Assembly: GCA_038231275.1 (NCBI GenBank)
Contig: JBBRLQ010000005.1
Span: 64,001 to 128,000 of the forward strand
DNA: 64,000 nt
Direction: 5' to 3'
DNA from: Polyangiales bacterium
GTDB taxonomy: Bacteria; Myxococcota_A; Polyangia; Polyangiales; Polyangiaceae
The first letter of the stretch is position 1, and each line of letters begins with the position of its first letter. The notes below the pieces were generated by a model. It saw nothing but the letters and a program-made list of their open reading frames with translations, ran no database searches and was not told the origin of the DNA. The position numbers were made by a program, and so were the translations under genes. This document shows, piece by piece, positions 54,646 through 63,113 of the stretch.

Positions 54646-54864
54646 TCACTTCAGGATCACGTTGTCGAGCTTTCCGATCCGGGCGAAATCGGAGTCGAAG
54701 GTGACGAGCTGCGCTCCGACGTCGATCGCCGCCGCTGCGATCCAGATATCGTTCACGGGGATCGACGTCCCCGCTTCGCGAAGGGCGACGAAGATCTCGC
54801 CGTACCGTCGCGCCACACTCGGCGTCACGGGGAGCACTCCGACGAAATCCTCGCGCAGAAACTC
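54646..54864 (-). pseudogene. C-terminal remnant of a VapC/PIN toxin
   Basis: 'ARRYGEIFVALREAGTSIPVNDIWIAAAA...LVTFDSDF'. The upstream frame loses similarity and reaches TAG at 54907-54909, so the N-terminal 'LDT' half and vapB are absent. Confidence 0.8.
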
Positions 54865-54921
54865 CCCGCCCGCCGCATCCGGGGTTTCAGCGCGCCGCGC
54901 TTTGCGCTACCCCAACCCGTA

Positions 54922-56682
54922 ATGAACGCCTCCTCCGACGATCTCCGTGCGCGCGCGCTGGCTTGGGCCGAAGCCGATCCCGATCCCGGGACAAAGGCCG
55001 AGCTCCTGGGTCTCCTCGCGGCGCCCGATCTCGCGAAGACGGATCTCGCGGATCGCTTCGCCGGCGCGCTCGAGTTCGGAACCGCGGGCCTGCGCGGCGT
55101 GCTCGGCGCTGGACCTAACCGGATGAACCGCGCGGTCGTGTTGCGGACCACGTGGGGCCTCGCGGCGTACCTGAAGGAGAAGGTCCCCGACGTGGCGTCG
55201 CGGGGTGTCGTCATCGGCTTCGACGGCCGCCACATGAGCCGCGAGTTCGCCGCCGACACGGCGGGCGTGCTCGCTTCGGCGGGCATCAAGGTGCACCTCT
55301 TCACGGACTACGCGCCGACGCCGCTCACCGCGTACGCGATCGGCAAGGTCGGCGCGCGCGCCGGCGTCATGGTGACGGCGAGCCACAACCCGCCCGAGTA
55401 CAACGGGTACAAGGCGTACTGGGGCAACGGCGCGCAGATCGTCCCGCCGGTGGACCAAGGCATCGCCGCCGCGATCGATCGCGCCCCCGCCGCGCGCGAC
55501 GTCCCACGCCTCTCGCTCGACGAAGCGCGGGCGAAGGGGCTCGTCGTCGATCTCGGCGAGGCGACCGAGCGCGCGTACCTCGACGCGATCCTCGCGCTCG
55601 GCGTCCCCGGTCGCGGCGATCGCTCGCTCTCGGTCGTGTATACGCCGATGCACGGCGTCGGCGGCAAGCTGGCGGGCCGCGTCTTCGCCGAGGCCGGGTA
55701 TGCGCGTTTCGTGCAGGTCCCAGAGCAGGCCGCTCCGGACGGCGCGTTCCCGACCGTGGCGTTCCCTAACCCCGAGGAAAAGGGCGCGATGGATCTCTCC
55801 TTCGCCCTCGCGAAAAAGGAGAAGGCCGATCTGGTCCTCGCCAACGATCCCGATGCCGATCGCTTGGCCGTCGCGCTCCCGCTCGCCAGCGCGCCTTCGG
55901 GTTACCTCCAGCTGACCGGCAACCAGGTCGGCGTCCTACTCGGGCACTACCTCTTGACCGAGCGCCCGCCGCCGTCCGGCAAGCCGCTCGTCATCGCGTC
56001 GCTCGTCTCGTCGCCGATGCTCGGTCACATCGCGGCGAAGCTCGGCGTTCGCTACGAAGAGACGCTCACCGGCTTCAAGTGGATCGCCAACCGCGCCATG
56101 GAACTCGAGAAGGAGGGGTACTCCTTCGTCTACGGCTACGAGGAAGCGCTCGGCTACACCGTCGGCGACGTGGTCCGCGACAAGGACGGCATCAGCGCCG
56201 CGCTCATCTTCGCAGAGCTGACGGCGGCGCTGCGCGAGAAGGGACAGACCGTGCTCGCCGCGCTCGAGGCCGTCTACCGCCAGTACGGCCTCTTCGTGAG
56301 CTCGCAGGTGAACATCACGAAGAAGGGGGCCGACGGCGCCGCGCAGATCAAGGGGATGATGCAGAAGCTCCGCGCGAGCCGGCCCTCGACGGTCGGGGAC
56401 ACGAAGATCGTCGCGGTCAGCGACTACGACGCCCAGACGCGCCGCGCGGCAGACGGCAAGACGACCGCGTTGTCACTCCCGAAGTCGAACGTCCTCGCGT
56501 ACGAGCTCGAGGGGGGCAGCCGCATCATTGCCCGCCCGAGCGGCACCGAGCCCAAGATCAAGTTCTACTTCGACGTCCGCGAAGAGATGCGCGCGGGCGA
56601 GGGCCTCCTCGACGCCGAGGCTCGCGCTGGCGCGTCGATGGAGAAGCTCGCCGCTGCGTGGACCACGCAGCTCGGGGCCTGA
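54922..56682 (+). CDS. Phosphoglucomutase/phosphomannomutase
   Basis: 'FGTAGLRG', 'TASHNP', 'DPDADR', 'GFKW', 'YEEALG', 'RPSGTEPKIKFY'. Confidence 0.95.
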   Translation: MNASSDDLRARALAWAEADPDPGTKAELLGLLAAPDLAKTDLADRFAGALEFGTAGLRGVLGAGPNRMNRAVVLRTTWGLAAYLKEKVPDVASRGVVIGFDGRHMSREFAADTAGVLASAGIKVHLFTDYAPTPLTAYAIGKVGARAGVMVTASHNPPEYNGYKAYWGNGAQIVPPVDQGIAAAIDRAPAARDVPRLSLDEARAKGLVVDLGEATERAYLDAILALGVPGRGDRSLSVVYTPMHGVGGKLAGRVFAEAGYARFVQVPEQAAPDGAFPTVAFPNPEEKGAMDLSFALAKKEKADLVLANDPDADRLAVALPLASAPSGYLQLTGNQVGVLLGHYLLTERPPPSGKPLVIASLVSSPMLGHIAAKLGVRYEETLTGFKWIANRAMELEKEGYSFVYGYEEALGYTVGDVVRDKDGISAALIFAELTAALREKGQTVLAALEAVYRQYGLFVSSQVNITKKGADGAAQIKGMMQKLRASRPSTVGDTKIVAVSDYDAQTRRAADGKTTALSLPKSNVLAYELEGGSRIIARPSGTEPKIKFYFDVREEMRAGEGLLDAEARAGASMEKLAAAWTTQLGA

Positions 56683-56713
56683 AAGTTGTATGACCAATTT
56701 GTATTACAACTTT
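56682..56713. promoter_or_regulatory. AT-rich 32-bp inverted repeat (protein-binding site candidate)
   Basis: AAAGTTGTATGAC-CAATTT-GTATTACAACTTT; arms 11/13 symmetric; includes the palindrome TTGTATTACAA. Confidence 0.6.
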
Positions 56714-56756
56714 GAGGGGTATTCCCGTCCCGCAAAAGCGCCCGCCGCGGCATCTC

Positions 56757-56785
56757 TTGACAAGAGCCCGACATTCCACCATAAA
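56757..56785 (+). promoter_or_regulatory. sigma70 promoter of rpmI-rplT
   Basis: TTGACA-17 bp-CATAAA. Confidence 0.7.
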
Positions 56786-56879
56786 CCCGCTCCCCGCATC
56801 AGGCAGGCCTCGCAACGCCAATTTACCCAATGGTTTTGGGATTGGCGGCCTCACCGGAGCGGCAGTTAGGAAGGCACCC

Positions 56880-57077
56880 ATGCCCAAGATGAAGACGAAG
56901 AAGACCGCCGCGAAGCGGTTCAAGGTGAGCGGCAGCGGCCGCGTTCGCCGCCCGAAGGGTGGCGGAAACCACGGGATGCAGGAGAAGTCGCGCAAGCGCC
57001 TCCGCCGCCTTCGCAACAACGACATGGTCCACAAGTCGCTGCAGAAGCACATCAAGCGGATGCTGCCGTACGGCTGA
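56880..57077 (+). CDS. rpmI: 50S ribosomal protein L35
   Basis: 'MPKMKTKKTAAKRFKVSGSG...KRMLPYG'. Confidence 0.97.
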   Translation: MPKMKTKKTAAKRFKVSGSGRVRRPKGGGNHGMQEKSRKRLRRLRNNDMVHKSLQKHIKRMLPYG

Positions 57078-57095
57078 TCTGAAGGAGAATTAGAT

Positions 57096-57449
57096 ATGCC
57101 GCGCGCAAAACGTGGATTCAAGGCTCGTCGCCGTCGTAACCGCCTGCTCAAGCACGCCTCGGGCTTTCACAGTGCCCGCTCGCGCCTCTTCGCCTACGCG
57201 CAAGAGGTCGTTCGCAAGTCGTGGGTGTACGCGTACGCCCATCGCAAGCTGAAGAAGCGCGATTTCCGTCGCCTGTGGATCGCGCGCATCAACGCTGCGG
57301 CCCGCGCGAACGGGACGTCGTACTCCCGCCTCATGCACGGCCTGAAGACGGCCAAGATCGCGCTCGACCGCAAGGTGCTCAGCGATCTGGCGATCGTCGA
57401 CGCGACCGCCTTCACCAAGATCGTCAAGACCGCCGCCGCCGCGAAGTGA
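57096..57449 (+). CDS. rplT: 50S ribosomal protein L20
   Basis: 'MPRAKRG', 'KKRDFRRLWIARINAA', 'LDRKVLSDLA'. Confidence 0.97.
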   Translation: MPRAKRGFKARRRRNRLLKHASGFHSARSRLFAYAQEVVRKSWVYAYAHRKLKKRDFRRLWIARINAAARANGTSYSRLMHGLKTAKIALDRKVLSDLAIVDATAFTKIVKTAAAAK

Positions 57450-58270
57450 CCTTCGCCGGGGGAGGCATCGATCATCCTGCGCTGCCGTACGAGCGCTCCG
57501 TCAGGGAGCTTCGTACGCGCGCGCGCATCGCCGTCGGCGCGCTCGGCGTGACGATGCTCGCGCGCGCGTGGGACATCGGCGGACGTGCGTGGTCGATCGC
57601 GCTGCTGAAGTCGTTTGTCGCCGCGGACGAGGTGGGACAGGCATCGATCATGGGCGACCTGGAGAGTGCCGACCGGCTCGTGAACTTCGGCGCGATCGTC
57701 ATCAACTCGATGCTCTTGGTGACCGCCATCGCGTTTCTCTTCTGGGTACACCGCCTGGTGACACTGACGCGGGCGCTAGGCGGGCAAGGCTTGCGATGGA
57801 CGCCGGGCCAGGCGGTCTGGGGATTCTTAATTCCCATCCTCAGCCTCGTACGCCCGTTCCAGGTGCTCCGCGACGTGCAGCAGGCGCTGGAGCCCGAGGA
57901 GATCGAGTCGCCCGCGCCGCGCGTCGATCCTAGCGCACTTACGGATTACCGCAGCGTGGCGCTCGTGATGCCGCCCGCCGCGAAGGAGCTGCCGCGCTTC
58001 TTCATCGGAGCGTGGTGGGGGTCGTTCGTGATGACGAACCTGGTCAGCCGACTGGCGACGATCGGAACGTTTTCGAAGGGCGCGGAGGGCGTGATCTGGC
58101 GGTACGACTGGGCGATCGTCGCCGGCGTGCTCGCGGTGGTCGCCGCCGGGCTCGCGATTCGCGTCGTGCGCGGTTTGACGGCGCGCCTCGACGAGCGCTT
58201 TCGTCGGATCCGCCACTCGACGCCCGAAGCGTTGGCCGCCCAGCAAATCGAGATCGAGCCGCATCGTTAG
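57446..58270 (+). CDS. DUF4328-like membrane protein
   Basis: 'FLFWVHR', 'WTPGQAVWGFLIPILSLVRPFQV', 'GAWW'; GTGA overlap with rplT. Confidence 0.75.
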   Translation: MTFAGGGIDHPALPYERSVRELRTRARIAVGALGVTMLARAWDIGGRAWSIALLKSFVAADEVGQASIMGDLESADRLVNFGAIVINSMLLVTAIAFLFWVHRLVTLTRALGGQGLRWTPGQAVWGFLIPILSLVRPFQVLRDVQQALEPEEIESPAPRVDPSALTDYRSVALVMPPAAKELPRFFIGAWWGSFVMTNLVSRLATIGTFSKGAEGVIWRYDWAIVAGVLAVVAAGLAIRVVRGLTARLDERFRRIRHSTPEALAAQQIEIEPHR

Positions 58271-58282
58271 GCTTCGCTCAGG

Positions 58283-58307
58283 GCCTGACCAGAAAAGCCG
58301 GTCAGGC
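58283..58307. terminator. Hairpin between convergent genes
   Basis: GCCTGACC-N9-GGTCAGGC 8-bp stem; no clear U-tract. Confidence 0.45.
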
Positions 58308-58316
58308 ATTCCCGTC

Positions 58317-58351
58317 AGGAGCGTTTCGCTCCGCTGCGCTTCGCTCCACTC
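58317..58351. repeat. 35-bp REP-like palindromic repeat, copy 2
   Basis: Identical to 1556-1590. Confidence 0.85.
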
Positions 58352-59339
58352 AGCGCGCGGCTTCGGCGGCCGCGCGGACGTCGAATGCCAGCGCGCACGC
58401 GTCGAGGCCGCTCGCGAACTCGGTTCGTGAGGTCTGCGACCATGGCGTTGGGTCGACGCGACGACGCATGCGCAGGAGCACCTTGCCGGCGGCGAGGTCG
58501 ATGAGCGCCACGCGGACGTCGTGCGCGCGCTCGCCGTCGAGCTCGGTGAGGCCTCCGGGCGTGCCCGGCTCGTCGACGGCGACGAGCAGAACCTCTGCGC
58601 GCGCCGCCTGTCGTGCGCGCGCGAGCGGGGCGCGTTCGAGCTCCGTGCGAAGCGCTGCGAGCTCTTTCGGTTCCTTGGCCGCGACGACGCGCGCAGACCA
58701 CGGCGGCGAAAGGAGCGGCATCCCGACCTCGGCCTCGTGGAGGCGCCGTACGTTTGGCGTCCTCGTCTCCACCGACGCGACGCTCCCGTACGCGGCGCGA
58801 ACCTTCGGGAGCAGCGCCTTCTCCGTTCGTGCGGCCGGAGGGTCGGCCAAGCAGACGACCAGCGCGTCCTTGAGCGACGCGGCCGCCGCGCGGCGTGATC
58901 TCTCGATCGAGCCGAAATCCTCGAGCGGCCCGCGCACGTACACGATCGGTCGCATCACGAGCGCCCCGAGCGCCCCGGGCGCGCGCAGCTCCGGGACGAC
59001 GAGATCGCCTTCGAACGCGCCGCCCGCGCGCGGGAGCCACGCCTCAATGCGCGCCACCGCGCCGTCGTCCGCCGCCGTCAGCTGCGCGCGCTCCTTCTGC
59101 ACTGCCGCGAGCAGCGACGCGCGATCGCGCTCGAACGCTTGCTGCTCGCCCCGTCTCACCATCACGACCGCCACAACGACCGAGACGACGGTGAGCACGA
59201 TCACGAGGCGTACGATCGACATCAGCCGCGGCGTCGTGAAGCGATGCGTGCTCGGGCGCCCGCGTCTCCCCGAGACGCTCGCCTCCACGCGCGCCGCGAG
59301 GGCGGGCGACATCTTCGACGTGACGAGGAGCGTCGGCAT
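58350..59339 (-). CDS. Hypothetical bitopic membrane protein
   Basis: One TM 'IVRLVIVLTVVSVVVAVVMV'; starts 6 bp after the MutS-like stop. Confidence 0.7.
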   Translation of the reverse strand: MPTLLVTSKMSPALAARVEASVSGRRGRPSTHRFTTPRLMSIVRLVIVLTVVSVVVAVVMVRRGEQQAFERDRASLLAAVQKERAQLTAADDGAVARIEAWLPRAGGAFEGDLVVPELRAPGALGALVMRPIVYVRGPLEDFGSIERSRRAAAASLKDALVVCLADPPAARTEKALLPKVRAAYGSVASVETRTPNVRRLHEAEVGMPLLSPPWSARVVAAKEPKELAALRTELERAPLARARQAARAEVLLVAVDEPGTPGGLTELDGERAHDVRVALIDLAAGKVLLRMRRRVDPTPWSQTSRTEFASGLDACALAFDVRAAAEAAR

Positions 59340-59345
59340 CCGCGC

Positions 59346-60986
59346 TCAGCCCGTCGGCGCCTGCCGCGCTGCAGCGGCGATGTTCCGCTCGATGAGCGCC
59401 ATCAGCTGATCGCCGGTGACGCCGAGGCGCGCCGCCGCGTGCCCTGCGAGCGACGTCTTCGCGACGCCCGGCACGAACTGGTACGTCGGCTCGTGGCTCG
59501 GACCGAGCTGCACTTGCAAAAAGCGCAGATCCTCGATCTTCCGCTCCTGCTCGAGCCGCGCCGCGAACGCGAGAAAGTGCGTCGTGATGAACGCCTGCGG
59601 GCGGAGGCGCGTCAGCATGCGGATGACGAGCTCGAAGATCTCCTCGCCCTCCGACGGGTTCGTGCCGGAGCAGAGCTCGTCGAGGAGCACCATCGCGCCC
59701 GGAGGAAGACGCTCGAAGAGCGCGCGGATGCGAATGAGCTCCATCCCGAGGCGCCCCTCCGCCTGATCGGCGGTCGTGTCCTGGATGAGCGACACGACGA
59801 GGGACGGCGCCGGCGCGAGACGAGCGACGCGCGCAGGAACGAAGAGCCCCCCCTGCGCGAGGAGCTGCGCGAGGCCCAGCGATTGGAGGAGGCGCGTCTT
59901 GCCGCCGGAGTTCGGCCCGGTGAGGAGCAGCGTCGTGTCGGGCCGATCGGTGCGCACGTCGCAGGGCACCGGCGCCGTGCCGTGCGCGAGGAGGAGCGGG
60001 TTCCACAGCCCCTCGAGCACGCGCGGCGAGCCGGCGGTCGCGAGCTCGGGCAGGCACACGTCCAGCCCTGCCGCCTGCGCGCGCTCCCGAAATCCGAGCG
60101 CGCCGAGGTAGAGCTCGAGATCGCCAGTGAGCTGGACGATTCGAACGAGCTCGTCCTCGATGCCGTCGTAGACCGCGTCGATGAGGCGCGCCATCACCTC
60201 GCCGTCGCTGAACCCGTAGCCGCGCACGAAGAGCTCGAGCTTCGCGAGCCACCGCCGCGCCGCCCCCGCGACGAACGGGTTCTCGGTGTGCTCCTGGATT
60301 CCCATGAGCTGAAATCCGCGAATTTTCCCGTCGGCGCCGACGCTCACCTTGAGGTTCAGGGTCGCGAGCTGCTCGTCGTACCGAAGCAGATCGGCGAGCG
60401 AGCGGTACGGCTCGCTGGCCTGGACGCGCGCGCCGAACTCCGCGAGGCGGGACAGCCCGGACCGCGCGCCCGCGAAGCCCTTCGCCATCGCATCGATCAT
60501 CTCTTTGACGAGCGCGAGGATGTCGAGCTGACGTCGGTTCGAGTCCCACTTGCCGACGCCGGTGGCGCCCTCGAGGAGCGTCCGAAACCGGCACACGAGG
60601 CCGTACAGCTTGCCGAGCTCCTCTGCGAGCGCAGGCGACTCGACGAGCTCCTTCGCGACTCCGCGTCGATGCGCGACGATCGCCGGATCCGACGGCGGGC
60701 GCGTGAGCAGCTTCACGAGGTGGGTCGTCGCGAGCAGCGCGTCGCCGCCCCCGAGCTTCACCTTGAACGACAGCGCGACGAAATTCTGAACGAACAGATC
60801 GTGCTCGAAGAGCTCCGGCTGCCACGTCGACGGCGCGAAGGTCGCGCGCTCCAGCGCCTCCGCGAAGAGGCCGCCCGACACGCCGCTCGCGAACGCCAGC
60901 GCCATCGCCAGCCGCGTATGCTCGACGTCGACGCGGCTCTGGGGGACGGGGTGCAGCAGATCCGGAATCAGGACAGGCTCGTGCAC
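59346..60986 (-). CDS. MutS-related protein (ATPase domain V only)
   Basis: 'LWNPLL', Walker A 'TGPNSGGKT', 'GRLGMEL', Walker B 'LLDELCSGTNPSEG', 'ITTHF'; no mismatch-binding or Smr domain recognised; GAGGA RBS before GTG. Confidence 0.85.
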   Translation of the reverse strand: MHEPVLIPDLLHPVPQSRVDVEHTRLAMALAFASGVSGGLFAEALERATFAPSTWQPELFEHDLFVQNFVALSFKVKLGGGDALLATTHLVKLLTRPPSDPAIVAHRRGVAKELVESPALAEELGKLYGLVCRFRTLLEGATGVGKWDSNRRQLDILALVKEMIDAMAKGFAGARSGLSRLAEFGARVQASEPYRSLADLLRYDEQLATLNLKVSVGADGKIRGFQLMGIQEHTENPFVAGAARRWLAKLELFVRGYGFSDGEVMARLIDAVYDGIEDELVRIVQLTGDLELYLGALGFRERAQAAGLDVCLPELATAGSPRVLEGLWNPLLLAHGTAPVPCDVRTDRPDTTLLLTGPNSGGKTRLLQSLGLAQLLAQGGLFVPARVARLAPAPSLVVSLIQDTTADQAEGRLGMELIRIRALFERLPPGAMVLLDELCSGTNPSEGEEIFELVIRMLTRLRPQAFITTHFLAFAARLEQERKIEDLRFLQVQLGPSHEPTYQFVPGVAKTSLAGHAAARLGVTGDQLMALIERNIAAAARQAPTG

Positions 60987-61064
60987 GACGCTTCCTCCTC
61001 TAACACCCAGAGACCCGGCTGTCTTTGGTCGCCGCGTCGGCAGGTGTGGTAGACGTTCTGGCCC

Positions 61065-62111
61065 ATGGATTCGCCCATCGACGAAGCGCTCGCGCGCCTG
61101 CGGGGAGAGTTCCCCGCCCGGTTCGAGCAGGCGCAGACCGAGCAGGCGCTCCGCGACGAGAACGCCAAGATCCTCGGCAAAAAGGGCGAGCTGACCGCCA
61201 TCCTGAAGGACATGGGCAAGCTCGCGCCCGACGCCCGCAAGGCCATTGGCGAGAAGGTGAACGTCGTCAAGCAGGAGGTCGAGAAGAAGTTCCACGCGTG
61301 CCTCCTCGCGCTCGCGAAGGCGAAGCGCGCCGCGGATCTCGACGCGCGCCCGTTCGATCTCTCGCTCCCCGGCCGCGTGCCGGTGCCGCTCGGCCACAAG
61401 CACCCGATCTCGATCGTCCGCGAAGAGGTCGTCGAGATCTTCCGCGGCATGGGCTTCGCGGTGCACGACGGACCGGACGTCGATCTCGAAGAGAACAACT
61501 TCACCAAGCTCGGCTTCCCGCCCGATCACCCGGCGACCGACATGCAGGACAGCTTCTGGACGACGTCCGGGCACCTGCTCCGCACTCACACGAGCAACAT
61601 CCAGGTCCGCGCGATGACGACGCACGCGCCGCCGATGGCGTTCATTGCGCCCGGCAGCGTCTTCCGCCGCGACGACGACGCGACCCACTCGCCGATGTTC
61701 CACCAGCTCGAGGCGTTCCTCATCGACGAGAACGTGTCCCTCGCACACCTCAAGGGCGTCCTCGCGGAGTTCGCCGAGCGCATGTACGGCCCCGGCACGC
61801 CGGTGCGCCTGCGCCCCAGCTACTTCCCGTTCGTCGAGCCTGGCGCCGAGGTCGACGTGGCGTGTGTATTCTGCAAGCAACCCGACGGCACCCGCAAGGG
61901 CTGCAACATGTGCAAGCACACCGGCTGGATCGAGATCCTGGGCTGCGGGATGATCCACCCCGTCGTCTTCGAGGCGTGCGGCATCGATCCCGAGAAGTGG
62001 ACCGGCTTCGCGCTCGGCATGGGCCTCGAGCGCATCGCGATCCTCCGGTACGGCATCCCCAACATCAAGCTCATGTTCGAGAGCGATCCGCGCTTCCTCG
62101 CGCAGTTCTGA
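61065..62111 (+). CDS. pheS: Phenylalanine--tRNA ligase alpha subunit
   Basis: 'HPATDMQDSF', 'LRTHTS', 'THSPMFHQLE', 'RPSYFPFVEP', 'GFALGMGLER'. Confidence 0.97.
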   Translation: MDSPIDEALARLRGEFPARFEQAQTEQALRDENAKILGKKGELTAILKDMGKLAPDARKAIGEKVNVVKQEVEKKFHACLLALAKAKRAADLDARPFDLSLPGRVPVPLGHKHPISIVREEVVEIFRGMGFAVHDGPDVDLEENNFTKLGFPPDHPATDMQDSFWTTSGHLLRTHTSNIQVRAMTTHAPPMAFIAPGSVFRRDDDATHSPMFHQLEAFLIDENVSLAHLKGVLAEFAERMYGPGTPVRLRPSYFPFVEPGAEVDVACVFCKQPDGTRKGCNMCKHTGWIEILGCGMIHPVVFEACGIDPEKWTGFALGMGLERIAILRYGIPNIKLMFESDPRFLAQF

Positions 62112-62181
62112 GGCTCGTTCGGCGCTCGTGCACGGCTGTCGCTTTCGAGGTCCGCGCGTGCGATATTTGTCGGTCTAGGAA

Positions 62182-63018
62182 ATGTCGTTCAAGCTCGTCT
62201 TCGGCGCGGTGCGACGCGACGACTCGGAGGTCGGCAAGAAGCCCCTCGAGCGCTTCGCGCGCGCCCTCGGTGAGCTCGCGAATCTCGACGTGCAGGTGTA
62301 CGAGGCGCCAACGTACGAGGACCTCGCGGCAGCGATCGCGCGCGGGGACGTCGACGCCGCGTGGCTCCCGCCCATCCCGTTCATCGCGCTCGAACGAAAA
62401 GGCGTGGCCGAGGGGCTCGTGAGCCAGCGCCGCGCGGGCCGCGCCGAGTTCCACGCCGTCTTGATCGTCAACGCCGCGTCGTCGATCAAGGCCATCGAGG
62501 ACGTACAGGGGACCCGCGCGGCGTGGGTCGATCCGTACAGCGCGAGCGGCTACGTCGTTCCGCGCATCGAGCTCGACGCGCGAGGGATCGATCCGCGCGC
62601 CGCGTTCTCGGCCGAGCGCTTCTTCCGCTCGCACGCCGAGGTCGCGCGCGCGGTCATCGAAGGTCGCGCCGACGTGGGGGCGACGTACGGCGGCGTCGAC
62701 AGCGGAGTGGTGAGCCGCGGCGCATGGCTCGAGCTCTCGCGCGGCGCCGAGTCGATCCGCGTCCTCTCCGTGCTCGCGGCGATCCCCGGCGACGTGATCG
62801 CCGCGCGCAACGATCTCCCCAAGCGCACGCGCGAGACGCTCACGCGCGCCCTCGTCGCCATCGCGCGCGATCGCGTGCAGCGCGTCTTCGTGCGTGATCT
62901 GTTCGGCAGCGAGGATTTCCGCCGATGGATGCCCGCGGGCTACGACGAGCTCCGCGAGCAGACCGCGGCGGCCTCCGCGAAAGGAATGCTCGAGGCCGAA
63001 GAGCACGGGTACAAGTGA
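62182..63018 (+). CDS. PhnD-like substrate-binding fold protein (no signal peptide)
   Basis: 'YEDLAAAIARGDVDAAWLPP', 'WVDPYSASGYVVP', 'SHAEVARAV', 'IPGD'. Confidence 0.8.
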   Translation: MSFKLVFGAVRRDDSEVGKKPLERFARALGELANLDVQVYEAPTYEDLAAAIARGDVDAAWLPPIPFIALERKGVAEGLVSQRRAGRAEFHAVLIVNAASSIKAIEDVQGTRAAWVDPYSASGYVVPRIELDARGIDPRAAFSAERFFRSHAEVARAVIEGRADVGATYGGVDSGVVSRGAWLELSRGAESIRVLSVLAAIPGDVIAARNDLPKRTRETLTRALVAIARDRVQRVFVRDLFGSEDFRRWMPAGYDELREQTAAASAKGMLEAEEHGYK

Positions 63019-63113
63019 CCCGCCTTCCGCTCTTTCCGCTCTTCCGGTCGTTCCGCTGACAACGGAAAATCACGGGTCACGCTCTTGCAGAACTCCTCTC
63101 CGGAGGACAACGA

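Noticed and set aside
53215-54921. Apparent 1155-aa ORF extending pgm upstream
   Set aside because: The N-terminal part is antisense to the dppB-like gene; PGM similarity begins at ATG 54922.
60987-61958. Apparent N-terminal extension of the MutS-like ORF (870 aa)
   Set aside because: Antisense to pheS; an RBS and GTG at 60986 give the plausible start.
63024-63058. Imperfect TTCCGCTCT repeats upstream of tlpA
   Set aside because: Short, low-complexity and irregularly spaced; cannot support a regulatory call.
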